From Saccostrea cucullata (lineage: Eukaryota): a stretch of 64,000 nucleotides of DNA. The stretch is from assembly GCF_032062105.1 (NCBI RefSeq), contig NW_026940042.1:1-64000 (forward strand), in the 5' to 3' direction. Position numbers and translations under genes: made by a program. Position 1 is the stretch's first letter, and each line of letters opens with the position of its first letter. The notes beneath the pieces were generated by a model, which was not told the DNA's origin, ran no database searches, and worked only from the letters and a program-made list of their open reading frames with translations. This document shows, piece after piece, positions 41,333 to 54,945 of this stretch.

Positions 41333-41700
41333 GACCCTTTTCATATGACATATTTGGCCTAGGAGTTATTCCCCTTAGCCGCCATCTTGTAGGGCAAAGT
41401 AGTGATATTACCTCTTTGAGCAACCAAGAAATATATGGGGGAAATATTTACAATTTTATAATCATGAAACTTTAGTATACAGTGGGATATGTCATTTTTA
41501 AAATTATCAGAGGCTTACAAACGGATATTACACTAGTGTATATGAACAGAAAGGGATGAAAAAAAAAAAGAAAAATAGTGTTGTCTTTACCTCAGTAACC
41601 AGTATAACACATTGAACTTGGTTGAATGAAGAATGGTGCCCTACAATGTGGCGGCTAAGGGGAATAACTCCTAGGCAAAATATGTCATAAGAAAAGGGTC
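41333..41700. mobile_element. MITE with ~62-bp TIRs, unclassified
   Basis: gacccttttcatatgacatatttggcctaggagttattccccttagccgcca... and its reverse complement ending gaaaagggtc. Confidence 0.8.
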
Positions 41701-41889
41701 TAAGCAGTTGTTTATGATCTCAAAATATTTGATATAATATCTGTAGAGTGACTATATTTAGTGTAGAACAGTAATAAATTTTGATGCTGGTTTGTCAAAA
41801 ATAACCTTCAATAAGTTCCTATGAGTGCTCGAGGATTATAAACTTATATTATCATTATATTACTTACCCGTACATCATAAAGATGGATC

Positions 41890-42382
41890 ATCAAGGTCAC
41901 TAAGTCAAATATGAAGTCTCTATCTCCTATGGTTCAAAAGTTATGGCGAAAGTTCGAAAAAGCCCTTTTTAGTGTATAGGTCACAGTCAAGGTTACAAGA
42001 TCAAACATGAAATCTCTATCTCCTATGGTTCAAAATTAATGGCAAACGTTCGAAAAATTTATTTTTAGCATATACATGTAGGTCACAGTCAAGGTCACAA
42101 AGTCAAATATGAAGTCCCTATCTCCCATGGTTCAAAAGCGAAAATTCGAAAAAGCTATTTTTAGCGTATAGGTCACAGTTAAGGTTACAAGGTCATTGAT
42201 CTTGGTATCATTTGAAAGAGCTTAATTATTGGTGCATGCATACCAAACATCAAGTCTTTATCTCTCACGGTTCAAAAGTTATGTCGAAGGCTAAAGTTGA
42301 CAACAGACAGACAAACAGATAAACAGACAGACAGGACAAAAAAAATATACGCCCCGGATCTATAAATTCTGGCGCATGAAAA
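41890..42382 (+). mobile_element. Helentron-associated element with ~75-100-bp tandem subrepeats
   Basis: Repeated tgaagtctctatctc..atggttcaaaag / ataggtcacagtcaagg; 3' end nearly identical to 34040-34123. Confidence 0.7.
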
Positions 42383-42980
42383 GATTTCTGCTTTTGTTTA
42401 GGACCATTGTAAAATCAGCAATACTACCTTTCTTCTCTAGATAGTGGACGGCTATAGTGGTAGTATAAAAAAAAAAATAAAATGCGGAAAAAGGGATACT
42501 AATTTTTGGATTTAAAAATTTAAGATAAAAAAATGTGAGACATTGGCATCAATATTGAAAAGAAATTATTTCAATTTTCCGATAGAGAATTCCTTTGCAT
42601 TGAAAATAGGATTTCAGACATTGGTTTTAATAAAAGGCTTAAAACATGTTTAATCGATTGAAAAAAAAAAAAAAGAAATTATGTATTATCGATCTCAATC
42701 AAGCTTCTATAAGTTGAAGGCATACCCCTTCGAATGTAAATGATCAAATTCAAAAACAAAAAAAAAGGGGGCGAGCTTTTAAATTACTGAATATCTATCA
42801 AACAGTTTTTTATTAGAAGGATTTTCCTTTGTATTATGAACTTTCCACAATTTGATATCAATTTTTTACGAATCGAATATCAAAGGGAACTGAAATCTAT
42901 AAAAACGCAGGTTCATTAACTTACGTTTTAATGCTCTGTGCGAGGGGATGCTCCGCTTTGTGGTGCCCTTGTTGTTGATT

Positions 42981-43551
42981 TTTTCTATGCCCCCGGATTG
43001 AAAGATCCCGGGAGGTTTATTGTTTTTGTCCTCTCTGTTTGTCTCTCTGTCTGTTGTCAACTTTAACCTAAACCATATCTATAGAGTGGGTGGGGCTATG
43101 GGTTTCATATTTCACAGATGTATTCCTTGTGACAAGACGTTTCCATGGGTACCATCAAATTTGACCTCTTGACCTTGGAGTTTGACCTACTTTTACAAAA
43201 GAAATACCACACTTTAACCTTGGTCATAACTTTTGAAAGTTGGAGATAGAGCTTTCATCCTTCGTATGTGTATAAATTCATTGTGACAAGGCCTTTCAGC
43301 TGGTATAATTATTTTTGACCTTGACCTAAGAGTTTGACCCACTTCTTAAAAACTTTAACTTTGGTCATAACTTTTGAACAGTCAGAAATAGGGCTTTCAT
43401 ATTTCACAGGTGTATTCCATGTAACAAGAGGTACCAACGCTTTTGACCTTTTGACCATGACCTATGGAGTTTGACAAGCATCTGAGAGAATTCAACCCTC
43501 ACAATAAGCTGCCATACGAGGGCATCAATGTTTCACAAACATATCTTGGTT
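42981..43551 (-). mobile_element. Helentron-associated element
   Basis: tatgcccccgg...cccggg hairpin, ctgt microsatellite, tgaccttg core repeats, gggcatc...aaacatatcttggtt end. Confidence 0.7.
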
Positions 43552-43724
43552 ACTTTAAAAACACTTACTGTGGAATAATTTATAAATATTTTTCATCCCA
43601 TTTACAGTGCCCAAAAATGATTCTAATAAAAAACAGCAAGATAGTTGGACACACAGTACACACATATATTTTTGTTTAATTAACATAATTCTTGTTAAGA
43701 CGGTTAAATTCTAATGTTGCTGCA

Positions 43725-44850
43725 TTATATTCTTGTGTCTTCAGTTGTAAAGTTAGGATTGATAGTTCCCACTCCCGAGTCCTTAGATTTCTGATCAGGA
43801 CCATTAGGCGTTTTAGGGGTCTTATTCCGCTTTCTTCTTCTTCGGATGATGATATACACAGCTCCGTTATAAACACCGCCAAGGTTAGTAAATATGACAA
43901 TCACAGTAAAAAATTCTTGTGGCACCTTTGAAAAATTTTGCCACACACTAACTATACCGAGGGCCCACCACTGGATAAAAAAGACGGTTACAAAGAGGCT
44001 CATCAGTTTGGCTGCATTGTAAGACGCCCGTACAGTTTGGGCCTCTGTTCCAAGCATGGCTTTGATCCGCTTGGATTCCACGTGGATTTTCCACCATGTG
44101 AGGGTATAGAGCACCACGTTTATAACCAATACAGTAGTTATCGGAACAGTTACAAAAAATATGCTGGCAAGTGTCCCCTTTACGGCATCAAATGCACAAC
44201 TGAAAAAAATAACATAAATTAGCTGAAACTGACGCAGAAACTTTATAATGTAAAAACAATCACACGTTACCAAATAGGAACAAAATAGGAATACGTATTT
44301 GAAGTGCTAAATAAAATATATACTAAGATCCCGAAGGTCCATAGTATCCTAAACTGACTGCACACAGTGACATCACAAAAGGTACTCCGAATGTGTAAAG
44401 AAGAAGCTTCCAATCATATTTGCCAAGTTTGAACTGCTTCTGAAGATAAATGAGTCCAAAAGCGTTAATTGCTGCCACGTTGGTCATAAGAAGCTGCACA
44501 GCTATAATTCCGCATAGGAAGAAGGCATAAAACTCGCACAGCTCTCTGGGATACACATGTCCTTTTGTGATGACCATTTGAAGATGGTCCATGCTGTGTG
44601 TCAGATTGAAAAATGCGTCACACAAAGAAAAGTACACTACAAAACGCTCACTTCGCGTCCAGGAAAAGAACGACCGCGTCTGACTCCGGAATGACGCAAT
44701 GATGACGGCAGATGCAGTAAAAAGACTGAGAAAGATACAACACAAGGCAGGAATGTGGATAAAGAGGAACCATTGTGTGTCTAGTCCATAAACATCTAAA
44801 TCATATCCATCCTTTACAATTGTCTTCGGTCTATATGTGTTGTTTTCCAT
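43725..44850 (-). CDS. 7TM GPCR copy 2 (333 aa from ATG 44850; exons 44850-44324, 44199-43725); the ancestral start at 44892 is cut off by TAA
   Basis: Paralogous to copies 1, 3 and 4 with the same phase-2 intron (GPSGS-Y-CAFD). Confidence 0.85.
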
Positions 44851-45772
44851 TTAATTGTTTTTGGTTGAATTCAAAGCAAAAGCATTATCCATCAAAGTAA
44901 TGTTGGTGTAGTCCAGGAGTTGAAAAAAGTATCTCTATTTGCTATTTTGAAAGCATCGTAAATCCATCAAGCCAAAGTTTCGGATACCTTGTAATAAAAA
45001 TAAAATTAGGCCTTTCGTAGATACGGAATATAGTCGTAATGAAAGATAACTTTAGAAAAAATAAAAAAATTCTCAGATATCTTCGAAATGAAATGAAAAT
45101 TCTTTTTCCAGACATTCTGATCTTATGGAACATTCATTCAGGATGACTGCAATTATAGATTTCAGCGGCTTCATGGGATAAACTAATTTTACTTATTTTA
45201 AGTCCTAATAATTCGATTGCTAAATTAATCATCACATTTGAAACTCAACGCTTCACGTGGTACTTTTACGTTGCCTAATCAAAATGACTTTTAAAATCCA
45301 ATATCCCATCTCCCGAATGCATTCGAACTTACCGATGTCGTGATATTAACGCAAAACTCTCGAATGACCTTCCAAGTAAGTTCTTAATTTGCTAATGCCG
45401 ACTGTGCACTGTTTTTGCACGGATGTGACTTTGTTAATTCCCAGTGATGGTAACTGAAGTTGTCACATCAGTGTCTTCCCTGTGTCCGTTAAATGATATA
45501 GCATATCACCTAAAAGTTACCGAGTGTTTTTTTTTTTGTGGCGGTTTTGCAATTTTGTCTGGTGTAATAATTTAATTCTGATTGTAACGCTGTATTTGAT
45601 TGGATAAAAAATTTACTTCATATTGTATAAAATGGGTTGCCTACGTCACAATGACTTACGTCAAAAACGTATCAATCCGCTTGACGTTACATTCAAATTT
45701 TGTACAAATTGAAGTCATTTTATTAGAACAATCACCTTTTTTTCTTGCATCAAATGAATGAAAATTAAATTA

Positions 45773-45929
45773 TAAGCAATGAATTTAATAGCTACCCATT
45801 TTATACGGTATAAACTGGGTTGGAACAGTTTACGCTTTTTTATAAACCGCTTCGCGGTTTATAAAGCGTAAACTGCCCCAACCCAGTTTATACCGTATAA
45901 AATGGGTAGCTATTAAATTCATTCCTTAA
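45773..45929. repeat. Long near-perfect hairpin ending a non-autonomous element (Crypton-like by inference)
   Basis: ~75-bp arms around ccgc-ttc-gcgg, ending ccttaa; tgattgg motifs upstream (~45580-45603). Confidence 0.75.
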
Positions 45930-46890
45930 CTAATAAAATTAATCAGATACTATAGTACCAAAAACAAATTTAAACTTTAAATGGCTTTTTCAAATGTTGT
46001 AGGAGGTTTTCTTTTTCTTTAATGAGATCTTGTCGCATGGAGAATAAAGGAAAGCCATCTGCTTTAAATTTGATTAATATTTGATTTATTTAAGGTTATT
46101 CTTAAATATAGATGTTGAATTTTAAGAGTATCAAAATTAATTTTATTGATATGTGGTGTCGGTCAGCTCTACCTTTGATCGATATATTGCGTTGGACGGA
46201 AAACAATTAAAGATTGTCATTCTTGGATTATCTTTGAATATTGATATTAACAGGATGCCTGAATTCTTCTTCACTGGCCCCAGTACTGAGTATATGAATT
46301 TATGAAATACATCAATTGTATTCAATCTAGTGAACAAAATAAGCAACTTCTATCAAAGAAACTTATGAGTAAACTGTAATTTTTTGCCAATAAATAAATT
46401 AAAAGATATTACGCTGGATTTGCCAAACTGTTTTTTTTTTTTTTTTAGATTTAGAAATAATTTGCTACATACGTTTATATTTACATTCAGTGTAATTTTC
46501 TTTATGAAATCCATTAGAAATCCATGACTTTCAAATCTCTATAACACACGCGAATCCTTGTCACCGCACGTTAGAATACACAGTAGGAACTATATGCATT
46601 TACAATACTTTATGAACACCAAAATGTATATTGTTTGACACAATTTAATAAAAAAAAAAAATAACCCTGTTGAATTAACGTAAAAATACAACAAATGTGC
46701 ATTCAAAATTAATTTGTCACTTTTTTTCCTCGCAATGTTCGTTTGCGTTATTTAATTTTACGACGTCACAAACGTCACAAACGGCTCTTACGTCTATAAA
46801 GCACACCAGTTTTGAAGGGCATTAAATTCACATCAAAGATTACCTAAATAAACAATTATGAAGACGAATAAATTAAAAAAAATGTAAATA

Positions 46891-47005
46891 TAAGTATTGA
46901 ATTCATATTTTGGGATGTCTTCGGTCCTATAACACACCTGGCCGTGCCCACAAATTATCATACCGCGCGACCGAAGAGATCCCAAAATATGAATTCAATG
47001 CTTAA
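46891..47005. repeat. Hairpin end of a similar element
   Basis: taagtattgaattcatattttgggatgtcttcggtc...gaccgaagagatcccaaaatatgaattcaatgcttaa. Confidence 0.7.
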
Positions 47006-48984
47006 ATTGCGTTTTGGGGTTTCATATTTAAATACAACTCTAAATTCATTTAGTCCTATTGTAATACATATATAGTCATATAGTCAACACCACAATTAAG
47101 TTTATCTTAATAGAATCACGACGATTCTCACGACATTAATCTTTTCTTTGAGATGCATCTATTGCTTCTCTTTCACAAGCAGATCCTTAAGAGTTCAGAT
47201 TCTCTGTTGATTTTCTATCATTACAACGTTTAATACGTGGGTCATCTGAAAAGTGATTTTCTTTTTTTTAAGTCGTCTTTTCATGGCACGGAGGTTATAA
47301 CTTAGTTACTTGTTACACAGTCTAATTCAAACAGAAAGCCCCCCCCCTTACCTCCAGTAAAATTGTGAAACCAGACTGCGGCTCCTCTTCTTCTGTACCA
47401 GCCAAGGCAACAGGGGACTATCTTCTACAACGCATTGTACAATAGTGTAACACAATAGCAGGTACCATACAGCGACCAATAGATCTTATATACGGAACCT
47501 CCGGGTATGGAAACACGCGGTATAGATATACAAATTTGCAATGCATATAGTCTCAATTTTACAGTTCTTTCATCACCAACAATTATAATGGTTTAACAGG
47601 GCTTACTAGATTTCCATCAATGATTTCTCTCTCTATACTTATGTTAATGGAGATGTGAACCGATCGGCCAAAATAGAACCGTTTAATCTACTTAAAGGAC
47701 GTAATTTGCAATATTAAATGCATCCACTAAACCTTCATTTGATTTTCCGAATTGTCTCATTAGGATTACTTGCTGTATTATTTGCATTTCAACGAAGAAG
47801 ACAATAGTTGTGTCTTTTCATTAAAACTTCATTACCAAGGGGCCAATAGGAATGCATTTACCTGTATCTCTACAAATAAAAGCAATAATATTCCTTTTCG
47901 TCAATACACCCTACTTTATTAAGACGCAATCATTTTTTATTTGTCTTGTAGCTACATTTGCATATCAACATTCACTCCATTTGTTGCTTGAATTCTGATT
48001 ATACAGTATTTAGCAAAATATTTGATTATTGGTCCAGAAAATAGTCCCTTCCGAGTTTGTACTACCCGAGTGAGTATTAACTGTCGTATGGCTTCTTATG
48101 GAGGCAAAATTGTCAAAATGTGATAAGAAACAATTCAAGAGAGGTTTATTACATATAACACATCAACGTAACGAGAAAAATAAAAAAAAAAGTGCAAAAG
48201 CCTCATTGCTTTAAGCATTTCAGGAAAGCAATTCTACACGTATTTGATCTTACTTTAGAACTTCTGTGTTATCATAATGTGTACTTTGCTATGATTAAAA
48301 AGAAATAAAGATTGCCAATCTACCATTTAGTGTCTGTCACCGAATTGAACTATCAAAGGCTCCATCCAAAGGAATTCACTGGAGATATGACGTATACATG
48401 TAATACCGCTGTCAAATGAGGCTGGTATCCAGAACTAGAGCTCTAATATTTAAATGATTTGATATAAGGAGCAGAGTGGTCTAGTTAGTGATTTGCATAT
48501 GGTAAAATAATTCCATTTGTAAAATTGATATAATATTCCCTTTTGTTTATTTCCTTCCTTATTATTACGTTACCATAATCGAAGAATCAAGTGCGAATAG
48601 TTTCTGATCTGTTATTCCGTTTGTCTGTCTGCAAAAAATTGAATTTTGATTGATTTGAACTAAGGTTATCTTTCTTTTAATTGTGATATTGAACATACTA
48701 GTATCTTGAACTTGACAGTGGAAATCTTAATTACTGCCACGAGCTTTTGATATAACAGCTTCCCTATTTACTTTCAAATTACCGAAGCAGTGAAATGAAA
48801 ACGTGAAATTGCACAAACTACAGCATGTAGTTCTTATAAATACATGTACTCTTATCTTTAGTAATGCAAACAAGAGTCATTAAAAGATAATGGCAACAAA
48901 TAAATACATCATGCCTTTGATAAGTAGAAATATATGGAGAAAATATGTATTCCAGCTCAAAGGTCAATTCAAACAATACAAATC

Positions 48985-49240
48985 AGGAAAAGAGCAAACA
49001 TGGGCCTGTACAACATCTGAGGTAGGATCAGGTGCCATGGAATAGTGAGCATCCTTTGCCGATCGGTCACATCAGCCGTGTGCTCCTTGTCATGATCAGA
49101 AAATAACAGGAAAACCTGTTCAGTGTGAAAAATATTGACCTATCAATAATTTTAAGTGTGTAAAACGCCAGTCAACTTTTTTACTTAATGATAGACTGTA
49201 TTTGTTGATTCAAATTGAAATGGTGACTTTAAACGAGACT
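48985..49240 (-). mobile_element. Degenerate Penelope-like 3' fragment
   Basis: agagcaaaca...gaggtaggatcaggtgccatgg...atcggtcacatcagccgtgtgctcc module. Confidence 0.55.
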
Positions 49241-50323
49241 GTGATATTCTTGATTTTTTTTACAATAAAACTTAAAAATAGTTTATTGAAATTTAACAAA
49301 TCTTTTTGTTTGAATTTCTTATATCTGTTTACAATGCTATATTAATAAAGCGAATATATGTATTTTAGGAAAGAAGAAAAAAGATTACTACATCTTAATC
49401 ATATATAGGTATAGAGCATAAAACCCTTGCTTATAGAGTCCATGAGAGACATATGATATGGGTATATTTCTGCATAAGTAAGGGAAGTTGAAAAGATAGT
49501 CATTACGTTCATTATAAAGCTTTGTTGTTTGGTTGCCAATAATGTCTTTTACTAAAAAAATATAAAAATATCCAAAAATATGAAACAGGTGCGCCAGACT
49601 CTGTGGTATCTTTTATTTCATATACACATATGCACTATTTATATCATTATATTTTTATATTGTAGCATTTATAAGTATTTCAAAAATATTTTTTATGAAA
49701 TATTTTTGAAATACTTAGTAATTAAAGAGTTAAAATACATATTGGTGAGTCTTCAGTCAGAATAGGCAAAGGGAAAAGAAATTGTTTCGTACAAAGACAT
49801 TTTATACAGGGAAATATTCTAACTGGATTTGTGATGCTTAAAAATGGCAACATAATGTCAACAGAGTATAAACCGTCGTCGGGTTAAATGCAGTGTAACG
49901 GAGAGAAAACCCGTGGGTTTCGACGATGAGTATAAACAGGCTTTAATATTTCTAAAACACGTTTTACCAAGAACTTTTACTTTTATTAGTTATACATGTA
50001 CATGTAATTATAATAAAAATACATACGAAAATTGCAAGAAATTTGATTATTTTAAAGAAAAACCCCAAATGCCAAACAAAAAAAGAAGAAGTCGCAATTT
50101 TTCTGTATAAATAATTATTTACAGATGTTTATTTACTCGTTTTTCATCAAATGTTATATGGCCCTTCTTTTTTCAGAGTATTAAATTGCACAACAATGTA
50201 AGTCTAATAAAGCAAATACATACTGTATCAAAGCTAGACCACATCTGCGGAAATCAATTTAACAATTAATGTTCTATGTACGTTAACAGTAAATTTGTTT
50301 GCAAGATAATCTGAATAAACACA

Positions 50324-51543
50324 TTAAACGTTTGTGTTGACAATAGATATGGAAGTGTTACTGTTTCCTACTCCAGAATCTTGGGACATCTGACTCGAAC
50401 CCTTCACTTTAGAGCCGTAATTCTGTTTTCTTCTTTTCTTGATGATGATGTACACTACCCCATTTAACACACCACCGAGGTTTGTGAATACGACAACCAC
50501 CGTGAAGAATTCCTGTGGCACCACCGCAAAATTGAGCCACACACTGATGATTGCTAGGGCCCACCATTGGATAAAGAATGCAGCTACGAAGAGACTCATC
50601 AACTTGGCCGCCCTGTGAGACGCACGCAGCGTTTTGGCTTCGTTCCCGAGCACCGTTTTTATCTGCTTGGATTCCACGTGGATTTTCCACCACGTAAGGA
50701 CATAGAGAACCACGTTTACAGCCAGAATAGCGGTCATCGGGATGGTTATAAAGAAAACGCTGGCAAACGCTCCTTTAATGCCATCAAAGGCACAACTGTA
50801 ATGAAAAGAAAAAATATGAGTGAAAATTTTCATATTAAACATTAATGAAAGCATTTTGAAATAAATGCGTGCATGTGCTGTAAAAATAAAATCTAGAGAT
50901 AACGAACAGTATTTAAGCTCAAAAGTCCATCGAATATAAATCGGGAGCAGAACAAATGAAGAAAGTGCTATTACTAAGATCCTGAAGGCCCATAATATCC
51001 CAGATTTACAGCAATTGTTGACAACACGAATGAAAACCCAAAAGTATACAAGAGAAGCCTCCAGTCATATCTGCCGAGTTTGAACTGTTTCTTTAGATAA
51101 ATCAAGCCAAAGGCATTGAAAGCTGCCACATTGGTCATCAGAAGTTGCGCAGTGACGAATTCTCCGATGAAGAAGGCATAAAACTCGCACAACTCCCTGG
51201 GATACACGTGTTCTTTTGTGATGACCATCTGAAGATGATCCATACTATGTGACAAATTGAAAAGTGCGTCACACAAAGAAAGGTACACTACAAAACGCTC
51301 ACTTCGCGTCCAGGAGAAGAACGACCGCGTCTGACTCCGGAATGACGCAATGATGACGGCAGACGCACTAAAAAGACTGAGAAAGATACAACATAAGGCA
51401 GGAATGTGGATAAAGAGGAACCATTCTGTGTCTAGTCCATAAACATCTAAATCATATCCATCCCTGGGAATCTTTTTTTCTTGCAATGTGACGTTTTCAA
51501 CAAAACTACCTCCCATAGAACCCAAGGTTGAATTTTGATCCAT
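50324..51543 (-). CDS. 7TM GPCR copy 3 (346 aa; exons 51543-50975, 50795-50324)
   Basis: Same motifs and intron position; TA|gtaata...ttacag|T. Confidence 0.9.
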
Positions 51544-52285
51544 TAGAAAAACGTATGCTAGAGACGTACTAAAGAACCTTGAAAGAAAAACTGTAATCCT
51601 TAAAATGAATGCGTCTTTCTAGCTCGTCTGAATTTATCTGTAATGAATGCTGTTTGGCCTAGAGTAGGCAAGCATTTGTCTTCGTCAAGTGAACGCTTCT
51701 GGGTAGCTGATATTGTTCTAATTTTTAAACAAGAATTCTGAAGAGAATTCTAATAAATCATGCTTGTTTCAACATGAGAGACGCCTTTCTGACCTTACAT
51801 CCTCGTTTAATTAATTTGTCACTTCTAGAAACTCCTGGGAACTCCATGTGGAACAGGAACGATTGACGGTGCATTACTACGGTAATCCCTACTTTCTAGC
51901 AATCACTATCAAAGTGCATCATTGTTAATGCAAAGTTTTCCCTATACAGAAATCAAAATTATATTCGTCACTTTAATAAGCTATGAAATTAATCTACTAG
52001 CCCATACTCCAAGAATTTATGATTCTTGATGATTTAGGAAAAAATTATCGATTATAGGATTGAGACCAACAAAAATTCCTATTTTGTAATTCAAATCAAA
52101 AGGAAAAGGTCTAAATTTCAAGCCTTTTACATGCGTCTTTAAAAAAAAAAAAAAACGAAAACCGTCGAAAAAGCTTTGTCTAAAAAAAAGGATCTATATA
52201 TAGGAACCGGTGTCTTGTCATCTCAGTAATGAGACTAATTTAAGCTGATTTTGCTCAGCTTTATTTGATAATTCCCAGTACTTAA

Positions 52286-52950
52286 GGTAGTCCGATCCTC
52301 AGGTTTATAAAATTAGCAGTTAAGTAATCAAAGATACTCATAAAAGTTATCTCTGTATCCACAAAGTTATCCGCAGTATTTCTTTTTTAGTTAAAAATTA
52401 AAGTTAATCATATTATATAGGGGAAATTGTCAAATCTCTGATATTTTTGCAGAAAAAGCGAATTGGAATACCAGCAATGCATTTTCTAATTGCAAATTGA
52501 TCAACAAATATATTCTAGGTTAAAAAACGATAGTTATCCAGGCATTCAGAGAAATTGTCATGATTTTTATACTTATTTGGGGTTTTTTTTGTCTTTTATT
52601 TCCGTCATGTATTCTATACTACATAGTGTAAAAGGCTTTTGCTATCATTGCAAGACACCACAAATCACTTCTTATTTCATATCATGCTAATAAGCATTGA
52701 TATCTAAGGCTGGATTCAAGAAAATCTTGTTTCTCTAAAACTGTATTAATTTTTTTTCCTTTCATATAGGGAACAAATGTAAACTTTTATAAGACCTTTT
52801 TTAAGACTTCCAAAAACCTTGAATCTTATAAAGATGAATAAAATGAGAAATGCTGCATGAGAAAAATTAATTTTCAAGCATCATTTTGATGCATCTCAAA
52901 TTAAATATTATTTTTTGGAGTTATCCTTCCTGGCTGAGGATCGAATATCC
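52286..52950. mobile_element. Kolobok-type MITE
   Basis: TTAA|ggtagtccgatcctcag ... ctgaggatcgaatatcc|TTAA. Confidence 0.75.
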
Positions 52951-52995
52951 TTAATTGTTTATTCTGTTGGTTATTATTTTTTAATTATCAGTTAA

Positions 52996-54350
52996 AGGAC
53001 AAGATAGGGTAAGACTGCTTTTTAGCCTCTGGTTTGGGATGTCTTTTAGAAAGGTGCAACAGTCTATAAATTGAAAACCACTTATAACCCCTGTTACAAA
53101 ATGAGTTTTGGTTCTAAGTTATGGGATACACAGCGGTCACAGGAAGGTCAGAAAATATGTCAATTTCCGTATTTTCTAATTGTTATGCAAATTTGAATCA
53201 ATTTTACAGCATATTTTCTTTCAGAAAATATAGAACACAAGCTTGCTTATCTACCAGGTTTATATATTTCACGCATTAGTATCAGATGCATCTTTTGAGT
53301 AACAATCTCAGATAGGCAAGACTGTGCTCTATGTTTTCAGAAGTGAAAAGTTTCTCAAATATGATGAAATTCCAATAGAATTATGAATGTCAACGAATAT
53401 TCGAATATTCATTCGATGAATTGATATTCGAATATAAATTTATTATTCGAATATTCAGGTTTTAGATATACAAGCAAAAGAGGGGAGAATCTGGCAAGTT
53501 TCATTAAATAATGAATCAAGTTCGTACTGTTAATCAGCAATAAGATTTTACTTAAAACAAATTAAAATTTAAAGACACTCCTCTTGGATTATCTTAAAAG
53601 TGTGAAGAGTGTATCTAAAAGAATGAATTATTAATTAGATCATTTACTAAGTGGTATAACGGTGTCCAGTACTTACAATCAGTTTCTATTGTTGAAAGGA
53701 CACTGTTTTACAGTAAACACATGGATCCCTTGTTTATGTATGCATGTATCATTAAAAATCATTATCAGGAAATTAATTCGCTAAAAGTAATTGTTTTTAA
53801 CTTTTCTCTATTAGATAATTGTTCTGCATGGTATAAATTTGTAAGAGTTATTTAATCTGGAACAAACGAAATAATCTTTTGAATTTTCAGAAAAAAATCA
53901 TTACATTTTGGATGTAACTCTAGTCTTCATATATTAAATGCAAAAATATTTTTAAATGTAACAACTGTGCATTTACAAAACTTTACATGGAATTGTATTC
54001 TAAAATAATGACATAAAAGGTATATAGTGCTTGACAGGATAATGAAGATATATATTTTATAATGCAAGATTTATTATTTTATCGAATATTCGAATGCACT
54101 TATCGAATATTCGAATATCAATTATTGACAATTTTGACATCTCTAATTAAAAATTGAGAAAATTCGGGAAAACGTTCCTGGATCCTCTTAATTGTGGTCT
54201 CCATGTAAGCTTGGAATAGAAATTAGTGCTGGTTTTAAAACAAGTATCAATTTCAGTTCTTTTAAACTACAAACTATCACAGTTTTATCTGTATTCTGAT
54301 TTTTACATCAAATAGGGGGACCAGATTCTGTGGTTACCATACCTTGTCCT
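52996..54350. mobile_element. Kolobok-type element with a nested hAT-like MITE (~53382-54145)
   Basis: ttaa|aggacaagatagggtaa ... ttaccataccttgtcct. The inner element has atgtcaacgaatattcg ... ttgacatctcta ends resembling the 35030 MITE. Confidence 0.55.
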
Positions 54351-54569
54351 TTTGCAATTGGCAGATTGACCGATATATGCATGATTGAATTTATCCACAT
54401 TTCATGTTACTTGCAGTGGCTTAATTAGAGTATATATGTGACATAGTACATGTATCTCATTTTTGTAAAATATCAGAAATAAAACAGAAAAAGTTTAAAA
54501 TGAAAAACAGTAATCGATCTCAAAAAACCCCTCAAACTTTGGAACGCCATATTAACATATATTCAAATA

Positions 54570-54945
54570 TTTTACCTATCTTCAAATCAATTATACTTAT
54601 CTTTAGATTTATTAAAGATAGGTTTGATTCAATAATACCTGTCTTTAATTCATTTGAAGATAGGTGCAATTGATTTAAAGATAGGTATAATTGATTTGAA
54701 GATAGGTGCAATTGAATTGAACCTTTATATTTAATTATTTAGATACTGACAATATAAACTACTCCTAATAAAATTGTACAGTTCTCTCCGTGCTCAAGTT
54801 GCTGCCATGGATAGCTTTCATTATTTTCAATAACATTGAATAAATTGAATTATACCCATCTTTAATTCTTTTGTGGATATGTTTCAATTGTACCTATCTT
54901 CAAATCAATTTTACCTATTTTTAATTCAATTGTACCTATCTTCGA
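54570..54945. repeat. Direct and inverted ~21-bp repeats (tacctatcttcaaatcaatt), DNA-transposon remnant
   Basis: Motif occurs several times on both strands. Confidence 0.6.

Noticed and set aside
45773-45929. Hairpin as a pre-miRNA
   Set aside because: Arms are too long and perfect, no known mature miRNA was recognised, and the end structure is shared with other transposon-like hairpins.
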